NCBI RefSeq assembly: GCF_009914755.1
Contig: NC_060941.1
Direction: 5' to 3' (one strand)
DNA: 64,000 nucleotides
Source of the DNA: the human T2T-CHM13v2.0 reference genome, Homo sapiens
Shown here: one piece after another, positions 46,176 through 64,000 of the stretch
Layout: each line of letters begins with the position of its first letter
Numbering within the stretch: the stretch's first letter is position 1
The notes under the pieces: model-generated
What the model was told of the DNA's origin: nothing
What the model saw: only the letters and a program-made list of their open reading frames with translations
Databases searched by the model: none
Program-made: the position numbers and the translations under genes

Positions 46176-48751
46176 CTAAGCAATATTGAAATGGGGGAAA
46201 AAATGAATGTTGGTAAACTGCAAATAAAATTTAACAAAGAGAAGCTGATGTTTAAATAACTATCCATATCAACCTCTCATAGTGCTATTTATATAGCAAT
46301 AAAGAAGACATTTTAAGAAGAGAAGATATTTCTCAGGCAGTTTTATAGGTAGGAAAACAAAACTTCTGACTCTCTCCAACTTAGGAACAGATTATATGCC
46401 AAGCTCATACAATTGACAATAAATGGCCATCTGAAACTTTTTCCTTAGAATGTGTAGTACAGAGTGGTTAAATCCCCAGAACAGTCTACAACATTATAAT
46501 AATAAAATGCACATGTGTAACAAATAAGCATCATAATTTAATGAAAAAAGAAACATTGAATTAGAATCAGGAGACATGCATTCAGGTCCCAGGTACTTCA
46601 ACTTACTAATATTTTGTGACTTTGAGCAAACTGGGTATTAAATTTATTTTTATTATATACATTTAAGGTATACAACATATTTTCATATACATACAATATA
46701 TTTTCATATACCTATATATAGTGAAATCATTTCTACAGTGAGCAAGTTAACATACCCAACACCTTCCATAGTTATCCTTTGTGTGTGTAAGAGCACCTAC
46801 AATCTACTCTTACCAAAATTTTAATATACAATACAATAATATTAACTATAGACCTCCTCTGTGCATTAAGTCTCTAGACTTACTCATCCTACATAATTGC
46901 AAGTTTGTACCCTTTGACCTACATCTCCCTATTCCCTCCTCCTTGAGTAAATTGTTTAACCACTTTCAAATCTGTTTCTTCACCTATAAAACGCAAATTG
47001 TAATTCATGTTTATCTCAAGAAACTATTATGAAGTGACAGCATTATTCATTTATTTAATAACCATCTACTGAGTACTGGTAGTGGGCATTTGTTATTTTG
47101 AGGCTGGCCTCCATTTCTGCTAAAAAGACCCAGATTATCCTTCAGGAAAATTCCATTTTTAGCCATATTATTTGGATAGGATTTGTCCCCATCCCCAGAT
47201 CCACGAGTGAACTGTGACTGACTTAATCCAATCAGCATATTTTATTACTCAACTACGTAGTTCAGGGTTTCTGCAATAGGCATGTTACCAAGTCAGAAAT
47301 GGTTATATGCAAAGACTCATTTGTTAGTTTGTAGGAAAGAGCAATCAGAAGAAAAATCTAAGAATATGACGGTGTGGTATAAGAATGTATAGTCTACAAA
47401 AATTTAATAATCAACTTGCTACCATAAGGAGAGAGTCAGAAGCTTCTGGAGAGACTATAGTGTGGAGCCTTAAGATGAAGCCAACGTTATGACTGGCCAG
47501 AAGGATGGAGAGAAATCACTGTGCCATCTCTTGAGCAGCTAGATCAAGCTTTGCCTGAAGTCAGAAACCTAGCCACTTTTCAGTTGCGTGAATAATTCTC
47601 TATGCAACACAATATTATACATAGCAATATAAATGAGTATTTAAAATCCACTAAAGTTGTTTTTTTCTGGGGGGTGCTTGCAACTGGAAGATACTTCCTA
47701 TATACAGTGCAGTGTGCTAGACACTAAAGTGTAGTAAAATGAAGTATCTACCTTTGATAAGTTTAGAGTCTAGCCTAGGAACTCAGGATTATTATAGCAC
47801 TATGAAAGCTAACCATCACATATAAAAGCATGGACCCCCTTCATTTCTTGATAAGAATGTCTATTGGTGTTTATAATGAGTATTGTGATATTCTTAAAAG
47901 GATTATTCTGGAGTGAACCTGAACAACTCACCAAAGAGAACCTGGGGAAATGAATGGAATCAGCATGTCCTTTTAATAGGCTCAGGTTATTTTAATATTT
48001 ATATTCTGTAAATGAGGTGAGAGCCAAAGGCATCTTTCACACAGGAAAAAGCAATTTAGTGGGAAGTCCAACAGGGGTTAAGATCTTTGAAATAAGATGT
48101 TCTACCTCTGACAGTATTCTAGCTCTGACAGAAAACTGACATGAAATAGAATACCATCTGCTATTGCAGTTACGTGGCTACTGGTAAGAACTGAACAAAA
48201 TAAGAGCTAAGTCAAGCTTCAACAGAGTAGTAACAGTCATGCCAACCAGCTAAGAGATATGCTTCAAGCAACATGAGTAGGACTTGATAAAGAATCCCTG
48301 AAGTATATGGGAGTTCCAGAGGCCAGAGGCATGGAAACCTCCAAAAAGCCAAAAACGAAAACTGAACAAAACCAGCCCAGCCAACACCTTGATTTTAGCA
48401 CTGTGATACCCTGAGTATAGAACGCAGTCAAGCCCACATGGACTTCTGATCTACAAAACTTGAGTTAAGAAGTGGGTGTGGTTTTTAGCTGCTAAGTTTC
48501 CATTACTTTGTTACGCAGCAATTGAAAATGAATACAGCGTGCTTTACTCAAAGTCTGAGTCTCTATTGAATCCAATGTCACTTTATATAATAAAGCTTTT
48601 TCCTTAATGGTAACAAGAGAGAAACTGGAATCATTTTTAGGTGAAAGTTAAACATGTGAAATGACTGCACTGATAGAAATCTACATCTATATATACACAC
48701 ATTTATATTTACATATATATATATAACAGGACAAAAGGAAAAGGAGGAGGC

Positions 48752-49227
48752 TGTATCAGTTTCCCATTGCTGCTTACAAATTACCACAAACTTAGTGGTT
48801 GGCTTAAAACAACACAAAAGCATTATCTTAATAGTTACGGAGGTCAGAAGTCTATAATGAGTCATCAAAGCCATGTTCCTTTTGGAGGCTCTAGAGTAAA
48901 ATCTATTTCCTTAATTTTTCCAACTTCTCAAAGATGCCTGCATTCTTTGGCTCATGGCCCCTTCCTCCATCTTCAAAGCCAGCAAGGTAGCATCTTTCAA
49001 TGCTTTCCTTGTATAAGGGACCCTTGTGATTACATTGAACCCACCCAAATAATACAAGATAATCTTCCCATTTCAAGATCCCTAACTTAATTACATCTGC
49101 AAAGTCTCTTTTGCCATATAAGGTAGCATTCACAGGTTTTGGTAATTAGAATGTAGGCATTTTAGGGTGCATTATTCTGGTAATTAGAATGTAGACATTT
49201 TTAGGGAGCATTATTCTATCTACCACA
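48752..49227 (-). mobile_element. MLT1 (MaLR) LTR
   Basis: tgtatcagtttcc...caaattaccacaaacttagtgg...ttaaaacaaca, typical of MLT1C/D. Confidence 0.8.
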
Positions 49228-49375
49228 GGGACTATTATTAAAACCAGTTCTTTGAATACACTTTAGGGAGTAGCAAAAAGCAGACTGTTTTATTCGGAAG
49301 AAAAAGGACTAATCAGACATTAAAACCTGTCCTCCAGAGAGTATTACTGAAGTATTTTTAAAGTATTTTACCTAC

Positions 49376-49505
49376 CTAATACTTCAAAAAGAAGTACAGT
49401 TTTCTGTGCATGTTCACGCCAATACTTCATGCTTTCAATAACTGCAGAAATAATTCTTAAAGAACTAGCTTTTTCCTTAAACTGTAACTGATACAATGAG
49501 GTTTC
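49376..49505 (-). CDS. SPATA22: SPATA22 internal coding exon (130 bp; ETSLYQ...LFEVL)
   Basis: Acceptor ttttcaaaAG and donor GTaggt. 43 codons + 1 nt, in phase with both flanking exons. Confidence 0.92.
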
Positions 49506-51154
49506 CTTTTGAAAAAATAAGAAACATAGTATTAGAAAAATATTTGTTTTTTTCATCATACTCGTTTACCTTCTACGTAAAAATTCTAAGTCCTTACAAT
49601 GGACAAGTGTGTAAAAAGAACTACTGAAAATTTTAGTATAGTTACTTCCCTAAAATAAGGCCATCAATACTATATTACAGATGGAGAAACCAGGGTGCAC
49701 TTAGAGACAATCAAGAGGAGAATTATTTATATAGGTATTCATTCACTCATTCATTCATTGACTATTTTAAAGCATCATATGCCAGATCCTGTGACAAATA
49801 TAGGTAAGGCCATTCCTTTCCCTAGTGCACTCACACTCTAGGGGACTCTAGGGAAGGAGCCAGACACATTCATTCATTCATTCGTTTCAAAAGTGTTTAC
49901 TGAGCACCTACTACATGCCAAACATAGCTATTTAGGAAAAATTCATGGACAAAACAGTCAAGATATCTGTCCTCGAAGATTTTATTGTCTAGTGGAGGAT
50001 TTAAAAAATAAACAAACATATAACAGAATGTCAGGAAATGTACTTTTTTTTTAGGAAAAAAACACACAAGGTAAATGGAAAGAGAGAGAGATGGGGGTTA
50101 TTATTTTAAGTGGGTTGTTGAATGAGGACAGTGGGAACAGCAAGTATAAAAGCCCTGAGATGGAAATGTTCTTAGCATTTTTGAAGATCAACTAAGAATA
50201 CAGTGTGTTAAAATACTAATTTTCAAAGGCAAGGGGACGCTTTCCTTTGTGAGGGTGAGGGTTGTGAAGAACATATGATGGGACCTTTTTTCAAAATACA
50301 GGTAGTTTCTTCCCTCTTCCCCCGCTTAACGAAGATTCTAACATGCCTCCTGTTGATGATGGCCACAGTAAACCACTGTTACTAAGGTGATTATGTCATA
50401 TAATTCTTGAGTACAAGGAAACATAAGATTGAGAACCACTGTGAAACATGCTTTATTAATCTTATTTCCAACAAAAAACAAAACATGCAAAAACAAATTT
50501 TACCCCGATGGCTTTTTGAAAAGATTGCTTTTTCAGACATAAGGGCAGAACAAAAACTAACAACTGTAAGAAGTTGTTACCATTCCTAGGCTGAAAGGAC
50601 AAGAGGAGAAAATAAAAGTATCACGCCCAGGAAAGCTATACTCATGAAGGGGCTACATCATGCAGTGACACAGCCACTGCTGGTGATGTAACATTTAAGA
50701 CAGGAGAAAGTGAGAAAACCCAACCTTTCCTCCCACCCTATGATGTCGTACCAGTGACTCCTACTGGCTGACCTCTAGCAAAAGCCAGCAAGTAAACAAT
50801 CTCAGGATGATGCACTACATAGGACAGTTCAGCCTTCCACAACAGAGAAGGGCAGGTGAAGAATCAAGTGGGCCAAGGGGCCAGGGAGCAGAGATGAGGA
50901 ATAACCAGCACACATAATATATAAATAACATTTACAAAGAGCAATCAGAGCACTGAGCGTAGAGAGGAAGTACAGTTGAGATACAGGTATAGGGAAGAAT
51001 ATAAACCAAAGCACAGAGTGTATGCTATGTTTAGAGAATTGTGACGAGTCTGAAGTGGCTAGAGCATTGGACAATTAGTAGACTATGAAATATGAGGCTA
51101 CAAAGGTAGACTAGGACAAGATCATAAAGCAAAGGTCATAATAAGTTGATCATA

Positions 51155-51376
51155 AAGAAAACTATGGCCTGCAGTGCAAATCTAACCTGCTATCTATTTG
51201 TGTAAACATTTGTTGGAGGAGAGCAGTGTCCATTCATTTATGTATTGCTTATGGCTGCTTCCAAGCTACAGTGGCAGAGCTGAGTAGTATTGCTGAGTAG
51301 CTGCAACAGAGACAGTACGGCCCATAAAGCCAAAAATACTGTCTGGCCCTTTAAGAAAAATGTTTGCTGACCTCTG
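51155..51376. mobile_element. MER58 (hAT-Charlie) relic
   Basis: aaactatggcc...ctggccctttaagaaaaatgtttgctgacctctg. Confidence 0.7.
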
Positions 51377-51710
51377 TTGAAAAATACTTAGAATGACATA
51401 TCAAGAGCCTGGGTAACTTCATAAACAATGGATAAACTGTCTTTATCTTTAAAATGAGTGTAAAGTGAAAGTCAGAATCCAGCAGAAAACTCTAAAGTTT
51501 GAAAGGAAAAGGAGCAGCCATTCATACCCTCTAAGAAAATATTTTGGAAACTAACATTCATCCACTTCAATGGAACTGAATATTTATGCTAATCAAGTAA
51601 TGTATGTCATGGAATTTATTTCAGGGGCTCTTATCTCTGTAGTTTTCTAAATATTTACCTCATATTTTTAAAAATGTAAATAAGTCATTAATTTGTATTT
51701 AAACATTTAC

Positions 51711-52053
51711 CTTCAGGGTGTTGTCTTCTGGAATATCATCCAACATTTGTTTCTTATATTGATTTTGTTGAAAATTGGGCTTAAGTGTCTGTAGTGCACT
51801 GTTTTTGTCTAGCCCTCTCATTGTGCAGCCAGATATTTTTGATGAATGTGTTTGTCTGAGTAGCTCGGTTTCTTTGTTGCGAGATAAGTTAGGAGGTTCA
51901 GGTATTCTTAATTGTTTTTGTTGTTGAGCTCCCGAACTCACTGGACAAGAATTTTTTCCATCATTTGCCACTAAGTTTGTTCGTTTACATTGAGGCTTAA
52001 AATCATTTTTATTCCAAGTTTTCAAGCTGGTATTTTTGTTACCATCTGTGTAG
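51711..52053 (-). CDS. SPATA22: SPATA22 internal coding exon (343 bp; YTDGNK...EDNTLK)
   Basis: Acceptor tattacAG at 52055-52054 and donor GTaaat at 51710-51705. Peptide recognised as SPATA22. Ends in phase 0, matching the next exon. Confidence 0.92.
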
Positions 52054-52756
52054 CTGTAATAGTGCAAAAAAAAAGCATTTGTTTCTATATGGTTTCTTAA
52101 TTACAAAAAAAATTAATAATGAAAAATTCATTTATATGGCAATTTATGACTTAGAAAGCACTTTATAACTAACTACTGAGAAATTCCAAATACATCACAA
52201 CAACCCTACAATGTTGTACTACCTCTCTTTCCAGATGAGAAGACTGATCCCTAATGAGGAATTAACTTGTCCAAAGTCATACAGGAAATTACTCACAAGT
52301 CTAGAACCCAGGAAATACAAGATCTCCCAACTCAGAGTCTAGTACTACAAAGTATATTTTTAAATGATAGCATTCTTCATATGATAGTAGTTGTATCCAA
52401 GTGGTAAGACTTTGAGGGCATTTACTTGCTTCTTTATATATTCAATTTTAAAATTTTCTACAAAGTAAAATTTTAAGAAGTTAAACTGTGGCTTAGCAAT
52501 GATTTTAAATCACAAGGAGAATACATATAAGCAGGATAGATAGCTATTAATATTTGATTAGAAATTTTGTGGTTTTACTGCACAGCTTAAAAGCCCTATA
52601 ATGTATTTGGTACAGCATTTGTCAGCAACATTAAGTGTGTTATATCAGCTGACCAGAACATTATGCTAGATGCTAATGAGGCCAAAATCAAAAGCATAAT
52701 TTCTGAGCAGCCTAGTTAGGAGTTCCACAGGAAACAAAACTAGTCTAAGTCACGAA

Positions 52757-53056
52757 TTTTTTTTTTTTCTCTTGGAGACAGGGTCTCGTTCTGTTACCCA
52801 GGCTGGAATGTAATGGCAAGAACACAGCTCACTCTAGCATCAATCTCCCAGGCTCAAGCGATCCTCCCACCTCAGCCTCCTGAGTAGCTGGAACTACAGG
52901 TGAGTGCCACTATGCCCAGCTAATTTTTGTTATTTTTTGTAGAGACAGGGTTTCACCACGTTGCCCAAGCTGGCCACAAACTCCTGGGCTCAAGTGATCC
53001 ACCTCCTTGGCCTCCCAAAGTGCTGGGGCTAGAGGCATAAGCCACCATTCCCAGCC
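52757..53056 (-). mobile_element. AluJ
   Basis: Diverged Alu consensus in antisense. Confidence 0.88.
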
Positions 53057-53687
53057 CACAAATTCTTAATTCTCAGTAATTTTCCTGGAAATACCACAAG
53101 TATCACAAGAGGGCAACCAATACAACCCATCCCCTACTTAGGTAAATAATCCAAAAAGAGGTCTAGGTACACTGCTGACCAGGAACAAATCCAAGTTTTA
53201 TGAGGTCTGAAGCTTGTATAATTTGGGGAACACTGTTAATTGGGTACAAAGTTAGTACAAAATAACGAGAAAAGAAAGCACAATTACAACAATTTAAGTT
53301 ATAAACACCACAAACATCACGATACCCAGAAAAAAATTGTTAGAATTATTATAAATTAACTGCCTGATACTCCTTTATAGAAATTTTTTCCTACACTGAT
53401 CACTTCTTCATACGACAATAATTTTGTAATTTTTTTGGACTCAGGCCAGTCTCAAACCCATGGGCACAAGTGATTCTCCTGCCTCAACCTCCAGAGTAGC
53501 TGGCACTACAGGTACGTACCATCACACGCAACAATTTTGTAATTTTATTTTCAATAAAGAGAACAGAAACACAATTTTGTCTTTCCTCACTCTCATGGTT
53601 ATAGAAATTACTTTTATTATTCATAGTCTAGAAAAATTTATTTCAGCTTTACAACTCTCTGTTCAGCACATTTGTAGTAATGCCAAA

Positions 53688-53915
53688 GATCACTGATCAC
53701 AGATCATCATAACAGATATAATAATAATGAAAAAGTTTGAAATATTGCAAGAAGTACCAAAATGTGACATAGAAACATGAAGTGAGCACATACTGTTGGA
53801 AAATGGCACCAATCGACTTGCTCAATGCAGGGTTACTACGAAACTTTGACTTGTAAAGAATGCAGTATCTGTGAAGTGCAATAAAGCAAAGTGCAACATA
53901 ATAAGGTATGCCTAT
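53688..53915 (+). mobile_element. Tigger1 3' terminus (TcMar)
   Basis: atcactgatcacagatca...gaaaaagtttgaaatattgc...aggtatgcct terminal repeat. Confidence 0.8.
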
Positions 53916-54571
53916 ATGAGGAGAGGCTGAGTGGATTAAAGATCCAACTGTATGCTGTCTACAATGAACTCAGTTTAGATTCAAAGACACATAAAAGCTG
54001 AGAATAAAGGGATGGAAAAAGATATTCCATGCAAACAGCAACCAAAAGAAAACAGGGGTGGCTAAGTTTATGTCAGACAAAATAGACTTTAAGTCAAAAG
54101 TTGTTTCTAAAGACAAAGAAAGTCATTATATAATGATAAATGGGTAAATTCAATAGGAAGACATAAAAATTGTGAACATATATACATCCAATATCAGAGC
54201 ACCTAAATATATAAAGCAAATATTGACAAATCTAAAAGGAAAAATTGACAGCAACATAATAAAAAAAAGAAAGCTCAATACTCCACTTTTAATAATAGAT
54301 AAATCATCCAGACAGAAAAATCAATAAACAGTGAACTTGAACAACACTATGGATCAAATGGACCCAAAAGACATATATGGAATTTGCCAACCAACAGCAG
54401 AAGACTACACATTCTTCTCAAGCACAGATGGAACTTTCTGAAGGATAACTCACGTTAGGTCACAAAAACAGACTTAACAAATTTAAGAAGATCAAAATCA
54501 CACCAAGTATCTTTTCTGACCATAATGGTATAAAACTAGAAATCAATAACAGCTAGAAAATGGAAAAATTC

Positions 54572-54880
<309 letters not shown>

Positions 54881-55214
54881 AGAAAATGAAAAAATTCACA
54901 AATACAACAACACCCTCTTGAACAATCATTGATCAAAGAGGGAATTAAAAAAGAAAATCTTAAAATTATTGAGACAGAAACAAAACATAACATACCAAAA
55001 CTTATGGGAAAGCAAAAGCAGTACTAAGGGGAGTTTATAGCAATGAATGCCCAAGTGGAAATAAAAAGATCTCAAATAAGCATCCTAACTTCACACTTAA
55101 AGAAATTAGAAAAAGAATAACAAACTAAGCCCAAAATAAGCATATAAAGGCAATAATAAGACTAGAGTAGAAATAAATAAAATAGAGAATTAAAAAAAAA
55201 AAAAAGCAAAACTG

Positions 55215-55510
55215 GGACCGGGCGAGGTGGCTCATACCTGTAATCCCAGCACTTTGGGAGGCCGAGGCAGGCGGAGCACAAGGCCAAGAGATCGAGACCA
55301 TCCTGGCCAACATGATGAAACCCCGTCTCTACTAAAAATATAAAAATTAGCTGGGCATGGTGGGGCAGGCCTGTAGTCCCAGCTACTCGGGAGGCTGAGA
55401 CAGGAGAATTGCTTGAACCCGAGAGTGGAGGTTGCAGTGAGCCGAGATCGTGCCACTGCACTCCAGCCTGGCAACAGAGTGAGACTCCGTCTCAAAAAGA
55501 AAAAAAAAGA
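55215..55510 (+). mobile_element. AluS (Sc-like)
   Basis: Alu consensus. Confidence 0.92.
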
Positions 55511-56070
55511 AAAACTAAGAGCTTATTTTTTTGAAAAGATAAAGTCGACAGCCCCTTACATAGACTAAAAAAAGAAAAAAGAAGATTTAAATAAATGAAA
55601 GAGGAGACATACAATGGATTTCTCAGAAATAAAAAAGATCATAAAGGACTATTATGAACATTATATGACAACAAATTGGATAACACAGAAGAAATGGATA
55701 AATACCTAGAAACAAGCAACTTACCAAGATTGAATCAAGAAGAGGTAGAAAGCCTAAACAGACCAATAATAAGGAGATTAACGAAGTAATCAAAAACCTC
55801 TCAACAAAGAAAAGCCCAGGACCAGATGACTTCACAGTGAATTCTATCAAACATTCAAAGACAAATTAATACCAATCTTTCTGAAATTCTTTCATAAAAC
55901 AAGAGGGAATTCCACTTCCAAATTCATTTTATGAGACTAGCATCACTCTGATATCAAAATCAAACAAAGACACTGCTAGAAAACTACAGGCCAATATCAC
56001 TAAAGAACATACATGCAAAAATCCTCAATAAATACTAGCAAGGCAAATTCAACAGCACATCAAAAAAATT

Positions 56071-56210
56071 ACCTGTCGAGTACTCTGTTCACTTCATGGG
56101 TGAGGTGACAGGATCCATACTTCAAACCTTAGCATCACACAATATTCCCATGTAAACAAATCTGCACATGTACCGCTTATATTTAAAGTGAAAGTTGAAA
56201 TATTTTTTAA
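56071..56210 (+). mobile_element. Short L1PB-type 3' end nested in the host L1
   Basis: cttagcatcacacaatattcccatgt...ctgcacatgtacc...aaagttgaaa; TSD-like aaaatta. Confidence 0.6.
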
Positions 56211-56532
56211 CAAAATTATACACCATGATTAACTGGGATTTATTTCTGGGATGCAAGGTTGGTTTAACATACGCAAATCAATCAATGTTATACACCACAG
56301 TAGCAGAATTAAAGACAAAAATAGATGCAGAAAAAGCATCTGACAAAGTTCAACATCCATTCAGTTTACTCTAAAAAAAATAAGTATAGAAGGAACATAC
56401 TCCAACACAATAAAGGTCATTTGCAAAATTCCCACAGCTAACATCATAATGGGGGAAAACTGAAAGTTTTTTTTCAAAGATCCAGTACGACGCAAGGATG
56501 CCCACTCTCACCACTTCTATTCAAACATAGTT

Positions 56533-56762
56533 ACAGGCTGGGCATTCTAAATCTGAAAATCCAAAACTCGAAATGCTCCAAAATTTGAAACTTTTTGAGC
56601 AACAACATGATGCTCAATGGAAATGCTCACTGAAGCATTTCAGATTTTGAATTTTCAAATTTAGGATACTCAACTGGTAGGTATTCTGAAAATATTCCAA
56701 ACTACAAAAAAATCTGAAACATTTCTGATCCCAAATATTTCAGACAAGTAATACTCAACTAG
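56533..56762. mobile_element. Tigger4/MER46-type MITE
   Basis: Palindromic text gaaatgctccaaaat...gaaatgctcactgaagcatttcagattt...tactcaac. Confidence 0.7.
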
Positions 56763-57180
56763 TCTTGGAAGTCCTAGCCAATCAATTAGCCAAGAAAAGG
56801 AAATAAAAGGAGCGCAAATTGGAAAGGATGAAGTAAATGTCTCTGTTTGCAGATGACATGATCTTGTATGTAGAAAACCCTAAAAACTCCATTAAGAAAC
56901 TGTTAGAACTAAAAAATGAATTCAGTAAAATTGCAGGATACAAAATCAACATACAAAAATCAGGAGCATTTCTTTACACCAACAATAGATATTCCAAAAG
57001 GAAACCAAGAGAATGATCCCATTTACAATAACACCAAAAAGAATAAAATACTTAGGAATAAATGACCAAGATAGAGAAAGGTCTATACACTAAAAAATAT
57101 AAAACAGATTAAAAAAAAAAAACCTGAAGACAAAATAAATGAAAAATCCTGTGTCATGGATTTGAAGAATTGATATTGTT

Positions 57181-60445
<3,265 letters not shown>

Positions 60446-61464
60446 TAAAGCTGCAGCCATCACACTTCCTGATTTCAAGTTATACCTAAAAGCTACAGTA
60501 ATCAAAACAGTATGGTACTGGTATTAAAACAGGCACATAGATCAACAGAATAGAGAGCCCAGAAATAAACCCATGCATTTACATTTAATTGATTTTCAAC
60601 AAAAGTGAGAAGAACACACAATGAGAAAAAAAGTCTCTGCCATAAATAGTGTTGGAAAAACTGGATATCCAGATGCAGAATAATGGAACTGAACTCTCAC
60701 CTTACACCATATACAAAAATCAACTCAACATGGATTAAAGACTTAAATGTAAGAACTGAAACCATAAAACTCTTAGGAAAAAACGCAGAGAACAAGCTCC
60801 TTGACACTGGTCTTGCAAATGACTTTTTTTAATATGACACCAAAAGCACAGTCAACAAAAGCAAAAGGAAATATTTGAGAACTACATCAAACTAAAGAGC
60901 TTCTGCACAGTAAAGGAAATAATCAACAGAGTGAAAAGGCAATCTATAGCATGGGAGAAAATTTTGGCAAACTATGTAACTGTTAAGTAGTTAATATCCA
61001 AAATATTTAAGGAATTCACAGAACTCAGTAACAAAAAACAACACAATTTAAAGATGGGCAAAGAACCTAAATAGACATTTTTGTAAAGAAGACACACAGA
61101 TGGCCAACAGGTATATAAAAAGGTACTCAACATCACTAATCAGCAGGAAAATGCAAATCAAAACTACAATGATATATTATCAATTCACACTTGTTAGGAT
61201 AGCTGTCATCAAAAATTCAAAAGATAACAAGTGTTGGCGAGGGTGCAGAAAAAAGGCAATCCTTGTACACTCTTGGTGGAAATGTAACTTGATACAGCCA
61301 TTATGAAAAACAGTATGGAAGTTCCTCAAAAAATTAAAAACAGAACTACTATATAATCTAACAATTCCACTTCTGGATGTATATCCAAAGGAAATGAAAT
61401 TAGTATCTCAAAGAGATATCTGCATTTCCAGATTCATTGCAGTATTATTCACAATAGCCAAGAG

Positions 61465-61780
61465 GGCCAGGCACGGTGGCTCACACCTGTGATCCCAGCA
61501 CTTTGGGAGGCTGAGGCAGGTGGATCACATGAGGTCAGGAGTTGGAGACCAGCCTGGCCAACATGGTGAAACCCCATCTCTACTAAAATACGAAATTAGC
61601 CAGGCATAGTGGCACATGCCTATAATCCCAGTTACTCGAGAGGCTGAGGCAGGAGAATCACTTGATCCCAGGAGGTGGAGGTTGCAGTGAGCCAAGACCA
61701 CACCATTGCACTCACATTGTCTTGTTGCCACTGCCTGGGCAACAAGAGCGAAACTTCACAAAAAAAAAAAAAAAAAAAAA
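61465..61780 (+). mobile_element. AluS
   Basis: Alu consensus with poly-A tail. Confidence 0.9.
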
Positions 61781-62299
61781 ATTCCAAGATACGTAAACAA
61801 TGCAAGTGACAGATAAATGGACTAACAAATGTATCATAAAGAGATAACGGAATACTATTCAGACATTAAAAAGAAGTAAATCCTGCCATTTTTGACAACA
61901 TGGATGAACCTAGAGGATGTTATGCTAAGTGAAATAAGTCAGACACAGAAAGAATGTGTGGGATCTTTACAAATCAAACTCATAGAAGCAGAGCGTAGAA
62001 TAGTGGTTACCAGGGGTGAAGAGGTGGGAGAAATAAGGTGATGTCAGTCAAAGGGTACAAACTTTCAGTTACATAGAATGAGTAAATTCTAGAGATCTAA
62101 TGTAGAGCATGAGGACTATAGTTAATAATACTGTGTTATACAGATGAAAATCACTTAGAAGGTAGATCTTAAGTGTTCTCACTACAAGAAAAAAATGGTA
62201 ATTATGTGAAGAGATGGATATGTTAATTAGCTTGACTGAAATCAGGTCACTATGTATATGCATATTAAAATATCAGGTTGTACACCTTAAATATATATA

Positions 62300-62610
<311 letters not shown>

Positions 62611-63404
62611 AATTAAAATTTTTTTAAGATAACAATAGAAATACAATATTCAACTGCAGTCAGAACTGTTAACAAAGATGAGACTGTCAAGAGAGTGTTC
62701 CAGAGGCAAATAAAGTCCAAAAGAAAATATTCCTCATATCTTTGGCCATCCTGAGCAAGTTGAAGGAGATCTAAAAGTTTAAAAATTTAGTTATATGGAT
62801 ATTGGGGGCCTGCCACCTCCTTTTATGAATTACTGACTTAAGTTATATACTATTTTATATTATTAAACTTTTATAATAGATCTGTGTAACAAGAATGGTT
62901 GAAAGACATGATGTGTTATAAGAAAACAATTCTGGGTGAATCAGAGCAATAGGCATTCTAAGTATTCCACACACAAGCACGTTAGATAAATTCATGTATT
63001 TGTAAAATCCTTAATCAAGGGTTTTCTTGGTAATGATAGACAAGACAGCACAAAGTTATATAAATACATCAGAACTGTGTGTTTTATCCACAATATATAT
63101 TGAGCACTGAAGGAACCTTAGATATCATCTAGTTCAATTTTTTTCCCATGGATAAAGACATAAGACTCAAAAAAGGTGAAATGGCTTTTTTCTGTTCAAA
63201 AATAAATTAATGATTAACTCTGGATCAGTGCAACTATGAATAATTTTCTTTTTACCTTTTTTCTAGAATTATTCTATTATTTTCATAATGAGAATAGTAA
63301 GTTATTTTAGAAAAAAATAATATCCTTATCTTCCCTTAAAATTTATGCATTTATCTGAACCCGTTTGCCAGGTTGTGTTCAGTTCTCAGCTTCTAAAGCC
63401 TTCA

Positions 63405-63715
63405 TCTCACCGAGCACAATAGTGTATGCCTGTAATCCCAGCACTTTGGGAGGCTGAGGTGAGGGAATCACTTGAGCCCAGGAGTTCAAGACCAGCCTGG
63501 GCAACACAGCAAGGCCTCATCTCTACTAAAAATGTAAAAATAAGCCAGGCATGGTGGTGCAAACCTATAGTCAGTCCCGCCTACTCAGGAGGCTGAGGTA
63601 GGAGGATTGTTTAAGCCCAGGAGTTCAAGGTTGCAATGAGCTATGATCATGCCACTGCACTCCAGCCTGGGCAACATGGCAAGATCCAGTCTCAAAAAAA
63701 AAAAAAAAAAAAAAA
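63405..63715 (+). mobile_element. AluJ
   Basis: Diverged Alu consensus with poly-A tail. Confidence 0.88.
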
Positions 63716-64000
63716 GATTAAAAATGTTAAAAGTCCTCATATCACCTCAACTCCTCAACTGAGATGTCTTAACTACTAAAAGTACAAGCTCAATGTCTCC
63801 TCAGAGTCTAAAGCCAATTGTAGGGGCTTTGGCAAAGAAGCTCATCCTTACTAATCTTACTAATTGTCCATATCCTAATACTGGTGAATGAAATCTATAT
63901 TGATAATGTGTCTAATAACACAGTATCTATAAGAATAGGAGTGTACTTTGCTCTTGAAAACTCCATGCCCCAAGAAAGTATAGACTAGGCTGCTAGAAAC

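Noticed and set aside
49140-49217. Short direct repeats (about 38-bp duplication here; ATATAGGT-like array at 27795-27860) as a CRISPR-like array
   Set aside because: No spacers or cas genes; local slippage inside MLT1 and L1 relics in a mammalian genome.

Overview
Primate, almost certainly human, genomic DNA: the end of the chromosome 17p13 olfactory receptor cluster running into the meiotic gene SPATA22. Gene order is OR1E1 (minus), OR3A3 (plus), OR1E2 (minus), then the last four coding exons of SPATA22 (minus). The rest is mostly Alu, L1, L2, MIR, MaLR/MLT, ERV-L and DNA-transposon relics. The main observation is that both OR1E paralogues are broken on this haplotype. OR1E1 has a CGA>TGA stop at codon 50, and OR1E2 has a 10-bp frameshifting deletion at codon 243. 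Each lesion lies inside a gene-conversion-homogenised tract whose intact version is held by the other copy 35.4 kb away. Other notable items are paralogue-conserved candidate OR promoters and 5' exons, a twin-primed L1 nested in an older L1, an orphan HERV-L core between two L1 ends, and an apparently locally templated L1 insert inside an Alu. I found no convincing wholly new biological system. Gene names and repeat subfamilies come from recognition, not from a database search.
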